A stretch of DNA of 63,768 nt, filler included, from Lenisia limosa (GCA_001655205.1; 20 parts of 20 records of this genome joined end to end with filler, not necessarily neighbours in it), one strand, 5' to 3'. Shown: positions 12,603 through 26,756, counted from the first letter of the whole stretch. Made by a program: numbers and translations. The notes: generated from the sequence alone by a model not told the origin.

Positions 12603-13560
12603 TATATGCTCAGGCGCAGAAACCCCGACGCTTTTGATAAACTCCGACAGTTTTGATTGTTTGTCATCAAAAGCGGCTCAATTTTTCATTATTTTGTAAA
12701 TTTATGCAAGAATGCAAAAATCAATCGATTTTAAAAAAATAAAAATTTTGGCGGGAAAAAAATTCTCAGTTCAGTTCTTTTCCTTTTTGTCCATTTTTTT
12801 TTTCTGTTGACCCCCTCTTTTCAGATTTTGGATTTTTCAATAATTTTTTTAATTGCCCTTTCGAAAGCTGNNNNNNNNNNCAAAGGAACTCTGAGCGAAA
12901 GGAAGCCTACTTAAATAGATATTTTTGAGTTCAGTTCAGTTCAGTTCCGTGAATTTATTTCGAAATTTTTTTAGATACAATTGATTTACGTAATTTAGTG
13001 TTTAGTAGACTTTAAATCTTGTTTTACTAAAAAAAAAAAGAGGCAAAACCTTCCATTGGCAATATCTGCAAAAGATATCAACCAGAAAGCCCTCCTTACC
13101 TCTCCTTGGAATGATTTTTGGTGGAAAACCTGGCAAGTACCAAGTGATACCTAGCATCTGAGCCGACAACCCCCCTCCTCCCCATGGGAATAATAAAAAT
13201 AAGTATGTATCAGGTCCACTCCATCACGCTTATAAGAGATATAAGATAGTATACTATTAATTTAACATATGCTCAGGCGCAGAAACCCCGAAACTCTGAC
13301 AGTTTTGAATGTTTCTCATCAAAAGCGGCTCAATTTTTCATTATTTTGTCAATTTTTGAGCAAGAATGCAATTTTTTAAAATAAAAATTTTGGCGGGGAC
13401 AAATTCTCAGTTCAGTTCTTTTCCTCCATTTTTTTTTCTGTTGACCCCCTCTTTTCAGATTTTGGATTTGTCAATAAATTTTTTAATTGCCCTTTCGAAA
13501 GCTGGACATTTTCTGCGTCGTTTCCTGTAATTAGATTTGATTGTTGACCTGATTGCGGCC
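12603..13560. repeat. Diverged direct repeat of about 270 bp (12603-12870 and 13267-about 13503, second copy continuing to about 13560)
   Basis: Both copies begin ATATGCTCAGGCGCAGAAACCCCG and align through GCCCTTTCGAAAGCTG. Confidence 0.9.
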
Positions 13561-13679
13561 TGTTATAATCAGCCGAATAATTGACCCGCCACCGGACCCA
13601 ACAGCCAAGAAAAGGACAGGCCTTGACAATAACCCTTGTATAATTGGCTAAGTGTGATATTATTTGAAATTGCGAATAT

Positions 13680-13800
13680 GAGCCGATAAATAAAGACTCT
13701 AGCATAGTTTTCCTTACATTTAAATAGTATTTTGCTGAAAATGTGATCTTGTAAGAACCTTTTTTCCAATTCAACTCATGTTTCAAAGACCGATCAACCG
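13680..13800 (-). mobile_element. Possible Penelope-like GIY-YIG endonuclease C-terminal remnant
   Basis: TAVDRSLKHELNWKKGSYKITFSAKYYLNVRKTMLESLFI resembles the PLE pattern H-x-x-(D/N)-W...KI...R-x-x-x-ES-x-x-I. The direct repeats lie immediately downstream. Motif resemblance only. Confidence 0.35.
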
Positions 13801-14085
13801 CTGTTTCTGTTCATTTTTGACCAGTATGTGTGATATAATGGCTGTTTTATTTATTCAGGTTGTAGTATAGTGTAATATTTTATTATTNNNNNNNNNNNNN
13901 NNNNNNNNNNNNNNNNNNNNNNNNNNNNNNNNNNNNNNNNNNNNNNNNNNNNNNNNNNNNNNNNNNNNNNNNNNNNNNNNNNNNNNNNNNNNNNNNNNNN
14001 NNNNNNNNNNNNNNNNNNNNNNNNNNNNNNNNNNNNNNNNNNNNNNNNNNNNNNNNNNNNNNNNNNNNNNNNNNNNNNNNNNNNA

Positions 14086-14640
14086 GTCTTTGGGTATCTC
14101 ACGACAGTTCCACAGGGCTACATGGTCCAGCTCCTCTTACAGACCTACGTCACCTCCGTATCCAAAGACCTGGATCCAATACTCCCGGACCCCACTTGGG
14201 ACCGCACGGTACGGGGAGTGTTTTTCGTCGACTGGGCAGAAAGTTGTTCTGTAATTTCGGTTGCCGTCCGCGAATGTGACTGGAAGAGGGCGGAAGCTGC
14301 TGTCATCACGGCCTTGGACAACCGATACTCATCAGGAAAAAGGCTGAAGAAGAACACGGAAGCCAGAGGGACCACCCCTTATAATTATGCAGACAAGGAT
14401 TGGCACTCTACCCTCTTAGAGAAAGTATCCAAAGCTCATGCCAGGTTTGAGTCATTTTATGTTGGCCCATCAGTGCAATTGACAAAAACGTCATCATTTA
14501 CCAGGCCTGAGATTTTATACGGTATCACCGCTTTGCTGTTCATTTTCCAGATCTCTAATAAGTGCCAGCGAAGCAGCATTGACTGCTTCTCAAATTCTTC
14601 CCATCCGAGCCTCAAAGGTTCTTGTAACCATGTCCTGTGA
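14086..14640 (+). CDS. Intronless orphan ORF fragment (at least 184 codons, open into the N gap)
   Basis: Stop-free frame from the gap edge to the TGA at 14638-14640. No family recognised. Confidence 0.4.
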   Translation, partial: VFGYLTTVPQGYMVQLLLQTYVTSVSKDLDPILPDPTWDRTVRGVFFVDWAESCSVISVAVRECDWKRAEAAVITALDNRYSSGKRLKKNTEARGTTPYNYADKDWHSTLLEKVSKAHARFESFYVGPSVQLTKTSSFTRPEILYGITALLFIFQISNKCQRSSIDCFSNSSHPSLKGSCNHVL

Positions 14641-14884
14641 CGCTGACAACACCGTTGTTGGCGTGACTGGGGCATATGCCACTGGCACTGGGACCACCAG
14701 GAAGGCGTTCAACCATAACATATTAACAAGTGGCACAAGAAAATTCTTCATTATACCTATCAACTCTGAAAATAAGGAGAAATAAGCCATCAAAATCAGT
14801 TATCTCCCGCCGCCGCACCCCCCCTATGACCGGGCCTGGCCAGTGGGGCCTCCAGACCTTTTACTCAATCCCTCAGCAAAATCA

Positions 14885-15995
<1,111 letters not shown>

Positions 15996-16903
15996 TTTTT
16001 TTCTTTTTCTTTTTCGTTTTCTTGTTTTTTTTTTTGTTTTATTTGATATATAATATTGATTCTATGGTATATGACAAAATAATGATACAATCCACAGGGA
16101 AATATGATGATTTCCTTGCGATTGTATCACATTTCCTTTCGATTGAGTTTATTTTTCTCAGAAATTCCATTTTCATTTTTTTTAAAAAAGCACAGTAAAA
16201 GGCTGGTGACCAAACGGTCACTAACCTGTTACCAAACGTTCACTGACCTTTTTTGTAAAGCGGAAATCCATTTATCTATTTTTAGGAAATGATAATAATT
16301 ATGAACGGATAGCGCTTTGATTAATGATTCAACAGCATACCAACACTGGAGAGAATCCTGGTAGTGTGCTGGAGAAACCAAAATCAAGACAACAGATAGC
16401 AAAAGAGAGTGCACACCACGTAAATATGAATAATGTACAATATACAGTGACCGCGATAAGTCCTAACATGTATGTGTATATATCAAGCCTTATTTTCCAT
16501 CTTTCGGGTTGTTTGATTATCGCCCGAAACACTCCTTATACAAGGTTTTATTCAAAAGAATAGGCAGGAGTATCAGTAAATTACTACACTCTGCATTGTC
16601 AGCAATTTATTGATTCAGAGTAGAGACTTAGTGTACCTACGTCTGATTTTTGGCCCTACTGGCATTTCTTATCCAAACTACACTCATTACTGATATCACA
16701 CCGTCCATATATCTGTGAATTTTCCTCCATCTGTGAAAACAAGCCAAATTAACATTTTCCTTGATAGAATAAGTNNNNNNNNNNNNNNNNNNNNNNNNNN
16801 NNNNNNNNNNNNNNNNNNTTAATTAATTAANNNNNNNNNNNNNNNNNNNNNNNNNNNNNNNNNNNNNNNNNNNNCATCATAACTGCCTTACCCCTTCCCC
16901 CAG

Positions 16904-18040
16904 GCGGTACCCAGTGTTGGCCATTCAAGCCAGCTTGCTGCTGATCTGTTGATCTCGTCGTTTGGACTTGAACGAGTCAATGTGATAGAGAGTGACAATG
17001 TTGCGCCCTTCGCTGCGGTCGACTTCAAAGGTGATGTGTCCGTGGCTGTTGAAGGTGCGTCCCTGAGGGCTGTGGAGTGGTGTTTGATTCCTTTTTTATC
17101 AATTTGCAAGTACTGTTCTGAAGATTCAGTGTTCTCAAAGGAAGGCTTAGACTGGGCTCTTGTGTACCAAAGAGGTGACACTGTTGCGGTATGGAGGCAA
17201 ACAAGTAACATGCACATTGGCTGTTCTGTCACTTTTCAGAATAGGAACAATAAGTGGGCAAATGAACTCGTTTGTCTGTTGGCTGAGTCGCATGTGTCTT
17301 CTATCCTGCTTCTTTCATCAATGGATGTTGGACTGAAAACCGTTTTGCAAACTAAGTGAGTTTTCCTTATCACCATGGCTATTCTTGATACTTTTCTTAC
17401 GATTAGGGAAAGCTTCTTTGTTGCTGCTGGAGAACCATCAAATGGGTGCTCTGACACCTTTGCCAACACTCATGTTATTAAACCTTACAACTCAACGGAG
17501 TATCTCCATGAAAGTGGTGGGTGAAGTTTCTTTTTTATGCCTTCCTGTAGTATGTGATGAATAATATTGTTGTCTTGTGTCGAAGGCAAATAATAATAAT
17601 AATATGCTATAAAAGCGTGATGGTGTGTAGGTTGATACTCCCTTTTTTGTTTCTCATTACTACTATAATATTACGTAAAAAAGGTGCGGCAGACAACCTT
17701 ATTGTGTCTTTTGTAGTATAAGCACATGGTATGGTAACACCAAAGGATTTGCCTTTTGTTGCCTCAAGGTTTGCCACGATAAGGCGGTGCCGTCATCCGC
17801 CTTTATTGGCCTCTCTGGTGAGCAAGGCTTATTGGGGGCATCTTGTGTTGATGCTGACAGTATAGGGCCTGGAATGGACTTCTTAACTGCAGCGCCCTTG
17901 GTAAAGGCCGTGTGTATTCATCTTGGCCAACCGACGAGTAAGCCAATTCAGCTAGCGTTTCATTGCTTAACCAAATAGAAGAACTGACCCAGCCGCAATC
18001 ATGGCTCCCTCCTCCCACTCAAGATGCCTTGTATATGTAG
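16904..18040 (+). CDS. PSMG2: Proteasome assembly chaperone 2 (PAC2/PSMG2)-like
   Basis: AVPSVGHSSQLAADLLISSF matches the PAC2 N-terminal motif (AVSVGNVGQLAVDLLIST). Short GT-AG introns. C-terminal TQPQSWLPPP...YM*. Confidence 0.65.
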
Positions 18041-18166
18041 TATGTTAATTCTATGCCACCCATGCAGAAAGCAAAACTTTTACGTGGTTGAATATTTGGT
18101 GAAGATGTGATATCGATGAAAATTTAAACACATAGTAGAGAATAATAGAGCCAAACAATATCACGT

Positions 18167-19569
18167 TTACTCCACGCAAAAGCGATCCCAGTTGTCCTGG
18201 AGATGGGGATACTGGGAAGTCATTTTCTTATACTCGTCGAAGTGACGGCTCTTCTTGATAATAGACAGCTAAGATGTAATGTCAAGGTTTCGAAGGCCTA
18301 CAAGATTCTTCCTTTCAATAGCATTTGTGACGACCCATGAAAGTTCCCTTTTCACTGAGTGAGACAAGTCCCCAATCTCTATCTTCTCCAGAACATCAAA
18401 GAATCCTGCTTTGACCACCGCCTAAAACATTGAGGAAATGCAGCTCCACAAGCAGAAAAACGGTGATATCATTGCCCAACATTTAATATTTTCAACATAT
18501 TGATTGGAAATCATTTCAACATTGCATTGTTATTTTTGTCTCATGATGATTCAATATAAAGCCCAAAAAATGAAACCTTATTCCCCCCAAAAAGAAAACA
18601 ATGAGCATCAATTAGGATTTTTTTTCGAAAAGTCAGTGATAGTGGAGTGTGGGCCGGAGGAAGCAGTAATTATCCTAATGCAATATAGTCAGTTTCCAGA
18701 TGTGGTCTTTGACTTGGTGTAAAAGCATCATGTCATACTCTTGACACAGGAAGACCCTCGTCTATGAGTTATTGGGAACTTACGTCTTCAGCCTTTTGAG
18801 TGTCGTGGATTACGTTCGATATCATCCAAAAAACTTCCTTAACCATCCTGAGTGCGGTTAGTGTACCAACAAGTTCAACCTACTTTGGAGTGCTGAGACA
18901 CGCTAGAATTTTATTGAGGTAAGGGAGGACCAACGCACATGCCTCCTCCGATTCGCTGCTCAGCGCGCCCAAGAGACGAATGTGACACTGTGTTGTAATT
19001 TGCTGGTTCAAGCCGTCAAACCATTTTGAAGGCTGAGACGTGGTCGAAAATGAGAGGAACAACTGAAGGGAATCCTGCTTTCATCATCGTTTCGGTGGAC
19101 CGGTCACTGCAGCGATAATTAATAACACCAAGGTCTCATACTGATATCCAGTAACCAGATGAATCCAAAGCCCACCTTGCATAGGCAAAAGCCCAGACAA
19201 AATCTTCATATGCGGAGTGGTTAGAGGGGAGGCGTGAATAGAGTTTGATAAGAGCAGCATGATAAGCCTGCAAAAGTTATAAACCATCTTCAATTCCCCA
19301 CCAAAGGTACATCCGGAGCAGGCTTCGTTCGTGAGATGTTACTCGCAAGGAATGCAATGTTGTCGATCAGCTCCTTACTTGAATTGGGTCTTGAAAATAA
19401 GAATCATACTGAAAAAAGACATACCCGGACCGTTTCATGTGGTGGACAAAGTTCCCAATGAGTCCAGGGGTACTAACAACCACATCTCTCATTGCAGAAC
19501 AGTCTCCAGCAACATTGGCCAAGCCCCAGGTGCAGATAGATGCAATCTTCTCGCATTCGTTTTTCAAAT
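18167..19569 (-). CDS. Divergent importin-alpha-like ARM-repeat protein (3' part)
   Basis: Spliced ARM segments CTWGLANVAGDCSAMRD, NIAFLASNISRTKPAP, EDFVWAFAYAS, HIRLLGAL, KEVFWMISNV and KRELSWVVTNA. GT-AG introns of about 33-360 nt. Confidence 0.7.
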
Positions 19570-20379
19570 CTAAAGAATGATGTCAGATNNNNNNNNNNNN
19601 NNNNNNNNNNNNNNNNNNNNNNNNNNNNNNNNTTAATTAATTAANNNNNNNNNNNNNNNNNNNNNNNNNNNNNNNNNNNNNNNNNNNNGGTATTATGTTT
19701 TGAAAGATTGCGAGGCAGAGACTACCATTGCTTCATTTTGGATTAAATATAGTTGGATTCATCGAGGATTTACTGTACATTCAGTATTCATTTCAGTGAT
19801 TTAGAGTGGAAGGAGAATAAGAAGGGGGATGGAGGTAAAATTGAAAAATGTATGAAACAAAAAAAAGCTCAAAATCAACTCTGTTGGCTGACAACACACA
19901 CGAGGGTTGNNNNNNNNNNNNNNNNNNNNNNNNNNNNNNNNNNNNNNNNNNNNNNNNNNNNNNNNNNNNNNNNNNNNNNNNNNNNNNNNNNNNNNNNNNN
20001 NNNNNNNNNNNNNNNNNNNNNNNNNNNNNNNNNNNNNNNNNNNNNNNNNNNNNNNNNNNNNNNNNNNNNNNNNTGAAAGGAAAGAATAGAATATAAAACA
20101 CAAAACACATAAACTACCAGTAAATGGAGCAAAAGGACAAAGAAAAAAGAGGGGGAAACAACATAATTAGTTGGCTGCGTGAATATTAACAAAAAATATG
20201 GGGGTACCCTAAATCCTACGAAGTGCACATGTGCACAACCTTGGCGGCCAAGCGAAAACGGCCCAAAACATAGGACCGATCGCGGCGGGCCAAGAGAACA
20301 ACAGTACTCACCAAGGTCAGACCAACCCAGTGAAACACTTCGTAAGAAATAGAGCACATTGCGGACCAGGAATCAAGTC

Positions 20380-20651
20380 AAGGCGGCGGTAGTTGCGGCG
20401 GCGGCGGTGAACATCGGGCATGCGAGACGAAGACGAAGACAATACGACAAGGGGCAACAAACAGTTGCGGCGGTGACGGCAGCGAGGACAAAAAACAATA
20501 CGGCAAAAGGCAACAGGCAGCAGTGGTGGTAGCGAAAACGAAGAAGACGAAGACGATAGGCAGCAGCGGCAGTGGCAGCGAGGACGTAGACGAACGCGAT
20601 ACAACAAAGCAACAGACAGTTGCGGCGGTGGCGGCAGCGAGGACGAAGACG
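20380..20651. repeat. GC-rich degenerate tandem repeat (CAGTTGCGGCGG / GGCAGCGAGGAC / GAAGAC units)
   Basis: The units recur about three times and run into an N gap. The ORFs across it are low complexity. Confidence 0.6.
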
Positions 20652-22890
20652 NNNNNNNNNNNNNNNNNNNNNNNNNNNNNNNNNNNNNNNNNNNNNNNNN
20701 NNNNNNNNNNNNNNNNNNNNNNNNNNNNNNNNNNNNNNNNNNNNNNNNNNNNNNNNNNNNNNNNNNNNNNNNAAAGGAGGCTGTCCGAAGGCCAACTTTG
20801 CGAGGCAACGATAGTTTCGACGAGGAAGGTCGGGACGGAGTGGAACCATTCTGGTATCCGTTTGACGGGGCGATCTCATGAGACTGGCTCCATCATAGCC
20901 TGGATGGAGACAGGGCCCCGGGGAGGACGTTGGGAGGTGGTAGGACCTAAGAAGGACCAGGAGGCCCACTCAAAAGATGATTCTACACTAGTTCCTCTAT
21001 CAGTATTTTTTTAAAAAAATTAAATGCAGCTATCAAGGGCAAAAAATCGTGACCTTTCAAACTCAACTCATTGTGAAACCAGAAGATTTCTGTATTTTGT
21101 TTGTCTTTTGAAAGAAATAGGTCGACATCTGAATGAAATATGCTTTCTTCGAAATAATAAAAAATAATTTACGGGAATTACATATCATATACTATAGTAT
21201 TTAGCGCGGTAGGTATAAATATTGCATTGTTTTTCATAAAAAATCTGAGATTTCACATAAATAAGACTGGCCATATTTTCGTCTTTCTCTGCGTTTCCTC
21301 CCAAATATGGTTTTGAACCATATGGTCAAGAATATATCGCCAATAAATGGAAATACATAATAATTGTGTTCAGAAATGCATTTGGTATAGAGAGGAGAGA
21401 CAGTGACACCACACAGCCAATCAAAAACATAGTAAAAGCTCCGGAAAACATTCAAACTTCAACGGACACATCAATACTCCGTTGAGATTTTTTAACCTTG
21501 TTCATTTCCTAATTTTTTGGAAGTAGTGTTACGCAAAATGGTCAAAAAAGTTTCTAGCTACAAAATAATGATTATGATCTTGGATCTGAGACACCTAGGA
21601 TGCACTTACCATATTAGGCAAGTTTGAATTCCTTTTGCCCAAAAGCCCTCCCAACAATTTCCAATCCTTATTTCGTTTTTATGAGAATATTTTGAGTAAA
21701 TCAATTATTATGAGTTTGCAGTTTGTTACAACCAATGCTAAAACATGTTTTGGTAAGATAAGAAGGAAAATCCACACCGTGCGATTGCCAAGGTCATATA
21801 GTCTAAGAATATACTTGCCTGATGTGGCAAGGTGGAGATACCGGTGAAATCCTTCTATAATGATTGAGCAGAACTCCGGGGGAAGCCTATCTTTCGCATA
21901 CTTCATGAAGGGTTATGGCCTCCGCACAATGAGTAAGATTTGGACAAAACACTATACTCTCTCTGTTGCTTGCTGGTTACTCTGGGGATAGATTGATGTT
22001 GCAGCTTGTGAAGACAAGACTAACCCTCGACTTAAGGTGGTCGGTTGATGGGTTTTTGGCGATGTAACGTAGAGTGCAGATTGCGCTCTCTTTTGGAAAA
22101 TGAATTTAATATTATGTGTTGTTTTATTTATGCGATAAAGGTCGACAGGAGCCACCATAAAATCTGGTTAGAGATCAAAAACAAATTTTACTGTATTTTT
22201 ATGGGCCACCTTTTTGGTGCTCTGAGCCTGCTTGTGAGACCTTGCCTTTGTTGTGGCCTTTACTTGCTACATATACATATACTCTAATGAAAATTACCAG
22301 ATGACCCCAATTACCGACCACCTTAATCAGGTAAGCCTTGCCTCGTTTACTCTTTTTGTTTCACTTTAACTTGCCAGCAAAGGTTTAAACTAATATGATA
22401 AATCCGCTTTATAGACTAGACAGTTTATTTGTATATTCACGAGGTATGTATATATGTAAGTCGTACCCCCTGAGTGCGAACAAAATCCCATTGTAGTCGC
22501 ACTTTATTGAAAAACGTGGAAATTTTCTCAAACAAGTCTAAGCTAGTATAACCTCTTAAATCAAAATCTAATGCACCACAGGTCAATAGAATGTATTGAA
22601 ATTATTTTCTCAAAGGAAAATAACTTTTGACAATAGACTAATACACTACTGTACTCGGCAATACTTAAAGTAACGCATACAACAACAACAAAAGGTATCA
22701 CAGAAACTATCAGAATTAACTACTCCCTCCACCACCCCCTGCAGGCCCTCCTGCCCCCCTTGCTGGTGGTAAGAATCTTTTGTGTAATAATAGGTACCTC
22801 AAGTGTAAGGAAAATTTAAAAATTTCATATTTTCATTCTATTTCAAAGGGTTCCCTACTTAATAGTAATATATATAATATATGTATATAA

Positions 22891-23192
22891 ATGTGGGTCC
22901 TCAAAGCTCCGGACAGCATTCAAAATTCACCGGACACATCAAAACTCCCGGACAGCTTGAAGTTGACCCCTTGTATGGGGCAACGGTAGCGTTTAGTACA
23001 AAACTGGTTCGACAGATATATAGAGAAAATGACCTCTTAATGTTCCCCAACTTTTTTTTTCCAATTTTGAGCAAGTGTCAAAAATCCGTGAATTTGGTTT
23101 CCCGGGGGAGCCCTTTTTGCCTTTTCACGGGATTTTTTTCTAAATCTATCCCTCTTTTAGTAAGAAACACACAAAAACAATTTTGCATATGA
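22891..23192. mobile_element. MITE family C, partial copy
   Basis: Begins ATGTGGGTCCTCAAAGCTCCGGACAGC and is the reverse complement of the 10100-10385 segment. Confidence 0.8.
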
Positions 23193-24609
23193 AAACCTTT
23201 TCCAGTCTGGCCAGGCAGTGGCTAACCAGTATCGCCTTGTCATGGACAATCTTGTCAATTTCTATCTTGCAGTCTTTATTTCTCTGTGATTGTGATTTGT
23301 GATTGATAATCCTTGACCACCAAATTGTAAAAGATCTTTTCTTTGTATTAAGTCGTCAATAAAGCCATTCCAATCCGTCTCAGAGAACACAGAGGAAGAC
23401 GTCGGGGTTTGTTGCATCCTAGGAGGTAAATACAGATTACTAACTAAAGAACTAAAGTATCTCAGCTATATCTCAGTATTGTGAACGAAGACGAAGTGAG
23501 ACTAATTTTCAAAGTCCGGCCGGGACACTTATTTTAATTTTCCATTAAATTTATCTTCATTTTCCAATTTGGTATTTATATGAACTTTCCTCAATAATTC
23601 CCTGTTTGATATCAAAATAAATAATATTTTGGTTTAGTATAAATATCGGATTGAAACATCTTCAAGTTAGACTTTTCTCTTTTTTGTCTTCTTTTTGGTC
23701 AAAATTGCTTTGTTTTGATGTTATTGATGATCCTTTTATCGAAACTGTTGATTTTCTCACTAAAAAGGGTGTTGTTATTGAAGGGATTTTTTACGATCTT
23801 TGGCTTCACGGTTCCAATCATGTTCGCACTTTTAAACACCAACCTAAAAATATGTATTCATGTACATCACATATGCGGCCCNNNNNNNNNNNNNNNNNNN
23901 NNNNNNNTTTTGCAATTTTTCTCTTCTTTTTTTTTTTACGATATTCACTCTTTTTGAGACAAACAAGTCTACAATAGGTACATACTGTGTTGATTTCGCC
24001 AAATCAGAAGTAAAATTATCTTGACTCTGGTTACCCTTCATTTTCGGGGTGATTGTTTTCTACTTCCTTTCACAAGTCGGTTTCAAATTCTTGTCAAAGT
24101 GAGCTTTAAATAAGCCCAAATTTTAAACTTTTATTGAAGCCTATTTGTTGATTAATAGGAATTCTTAGGAAATACTTGATATAATAACAAAAAATACTCT
24201 AATTCGAAACATAAACAAGAAAAAAACCAGAATTAGCAAAAAAACAGAATTTTATACATGTACATGTATATTACACGTTTTCTTACATATGCGGTCGTTC
24301 AAAATTCTNNNNNNNNNNNNNNNNNNNNNNNNNNNNNNNNNNNNNNNNNNNNTTAATTAATTAANNNNNNNNNNNNNNNNNNNNNNNNNNNNNNNNNNNN
24401 NNNNNNNNACACCCACTTAACTTCAGTTAAAATTAAATATAATAAAAATCTAGGGTTTTCTAGGGTTCAGCGGAACAGGCATAATATATAAAAACAATAA
24501 TTTGGCGTGTGGGATTTCACACGTGTACTATATGTTTAACAATTTTATTATTCTTAATTTCCATCATTCACTGAATTGAATGATTTTCTCATTCCGATTA
24601 ATGATTTAG

Positions 24610-26350
24610 ATCCTCTTTACCGATATTGTAAACTACACAAAGATGTCCAGCGAAAACTCCCCTGAAAAGGTTGGCTGTAACGTTAAAACATTTTCTATTT
24701 ATATCATGTAATATATCAGCTGATACAAGTAATAGTATTATTGCTTTATTGCCTCCCTTATTCCAAAATAACTAGTTACCACTCACAAACCCAGGTCATG
24801 AACCTGTTGGACCGTTTGTACAGTATCTACGACTCTGTTACCAAGAAATATGGAGTCTACAAAATGGAGATTACTGGTGTGCATAGCTTGATGGGGAGGG
24901 GAGGGGACGTCATTTCACATTCTGAAAGAATCACTGTACAATCTTAAATGGACACTTTTAACATGGATCTAGGAGATCAGTACATGGGTGTTGCCAATCT
25001 TCCCGAGCCTCTCGATGACTATGCTGCACGTGCTGTTCATTGTGCTTTGGATATGATCGAAAGAAGTGCTCAAGTCAAGTAAGAAAGGGGGTAGTCTTCA
25101 TCATACAGTACACAAATATAGCTCAGTGTTGCCGAACACAAACAATTATATCATTCCCAAAATTGTGCAACCCCTTTGTTGTCGTATTTCACTTCTCAGA
25201 TTCGACGAGTCTGATCCGAATTCACCCACTATCACCATCCGCGTTGGAATTAACACCGGTCCCGTGGTATGTTTTTGCACCTCTATTCTAGGCTCGCTCT
25301 AAACAGTAGTTTTTAATATTATTTGAATTTCCAACTGTCACCAACTAATTAAATGTTGTTGCCATTAGACGGCCATTGCATTCAATATTGACAACTGACT
25401 ATTAATATCTGCTAACCATTAAGGTGGCCTCTGTTGTCGGTAACATTCGCCCTAGATTCCTTCTCTTCGGTGACTCTGTCAACGTCGCCTCTCGGTTGGT
25501 GCTTGGGCGGAACTTCATCAAAAAACTTGATGACTCAAATTTGCTGCAAGCCTCTGCTTTTCAATCGAAGATCCCTTAAACGTGGTATAACCCATCACGC
25601 CTTACTTTGAAGCTGCGAGTCGACAGGAGTACCCGGGCGGCTGCAGATCAGTGAAAGCACCTACGAGCTTCTGGCCAAACACTCTGAGTAGGATCCAAGA
25701 TATGATTTCCCCCTTTATTTTTGTTTTCTTCGGATTGTGACATTTGTGGAGTTAAAAAACATTCAACATTCGATACCCACGCCGGTTGTGGTTTGTTTTC
25801 CGACGATTTGTCAGGGTTACATTTCGTCCACGTACATTCTTATTATGAGGTTCCAGAAACACTGTCCAAATAATCCCTAAGGTTCACCTATGAGTCACGT
25901 TTGGTCCAGGCCAAGGGCAAGGGAGACATGAGGACCCATCTCGTCAGTCGCACGCACACTCCCCACAACATCACTGTGAGTTTTGGCAGGTCAGTCATTC
26001 TCTTAACCTTGTCATATGCCATATTTCGTAGTTATATTATAATATATTTCATACATATATGCACATATGATGCAAACTGCTAGTCTTCATATTTCACAGT
26101 TTCAGCAAAACTCAGTCCCACCCCTCCTGGTGAGTTGCTCGACACCAAAAGGCCTGACCATGGCCCCTTCTTCATGATATTTACTAACCACTTAACTATT
26201 ACANNNNNNNNNNNNNNNNNNNNNNNNNNNNNNNNNNNNNNNNNNNNNNNNNNNNNNNNNNNNNNNNNNNNNNNNNNNNNNNNNNNNNNNNNNNNNNNNA
26301 CCATCCTCTACCCCGGCATCCCCCGGGGGCCACAGGTCCGCCTTCGCTAA
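24610..26350 (+). CDS. Class III adenylate/guanylate cyclase catalytic domain (3' part of gene)
   Basis: Exons ILFTDIVNYT, VMNLLDRLYSIYD...KMEITGDQYMGVA, IRVGINTGPV, VASVVGNIRPRFLLFGDSVNVASR, ESTGVPGRLQISESTY and AKGKGDMRT. GT-AG introns. The 3' end is approximate. Confidence 0.9.
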
Positions 26351-26756
26351 GAGAAAACCAAATTGGCAGAAATAGGTAGGATATGTGGGATTGGTGATTG
26401 ATGATGAATGAGCGGATGATAGAAGATTGGCAGCTGTCACCCTTCCCTCAGCTTAATATCTTAATACACAGAACACTCCTTGTGGTGTGTCAGTTTTTGC
26501 ACTGACTCTTTAGATTACTGAAGGCTCTAGTTATATAGTTATTATTGTTAGGTAAATGTGAAGGTTGTACATGAAATTACTGATATCTCTACACTGTCAC
26601 ATAATAAACTGTATACTAAAAATATGATTGTATAAGAGACTTATGAGTTGGAGTGGCAAAATATGATTGAATGAAATCAAAACAAATTGATAATACAGTG
26701 TTTTGAAATCAAGGCGTGAAACTGACCGAAGTTACACCAAAAATCCATCCATTCAG

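Noticed and set aside
14400-14700. Minus-strand GWEEFEK...LVNDDVFV as a Penelope-type RT
   Set aside because: No MGS motif, spacing to DD too long, stops in frame, and the plus strand is the open one.
19793-20357. ORF-track entries spanning N gaps (also at about 26.8, 34.4, 39.4 and 50.1 kb)
   Set aside because: Their length is inflated by X residues and the real sequence is intronic repeat or low complexity.
21635-22250. Coding-like, stop-riddled stretch (possible viral or TE relic)
   Set aside because: No recognisable motif in any frame, so it cannot be supported.
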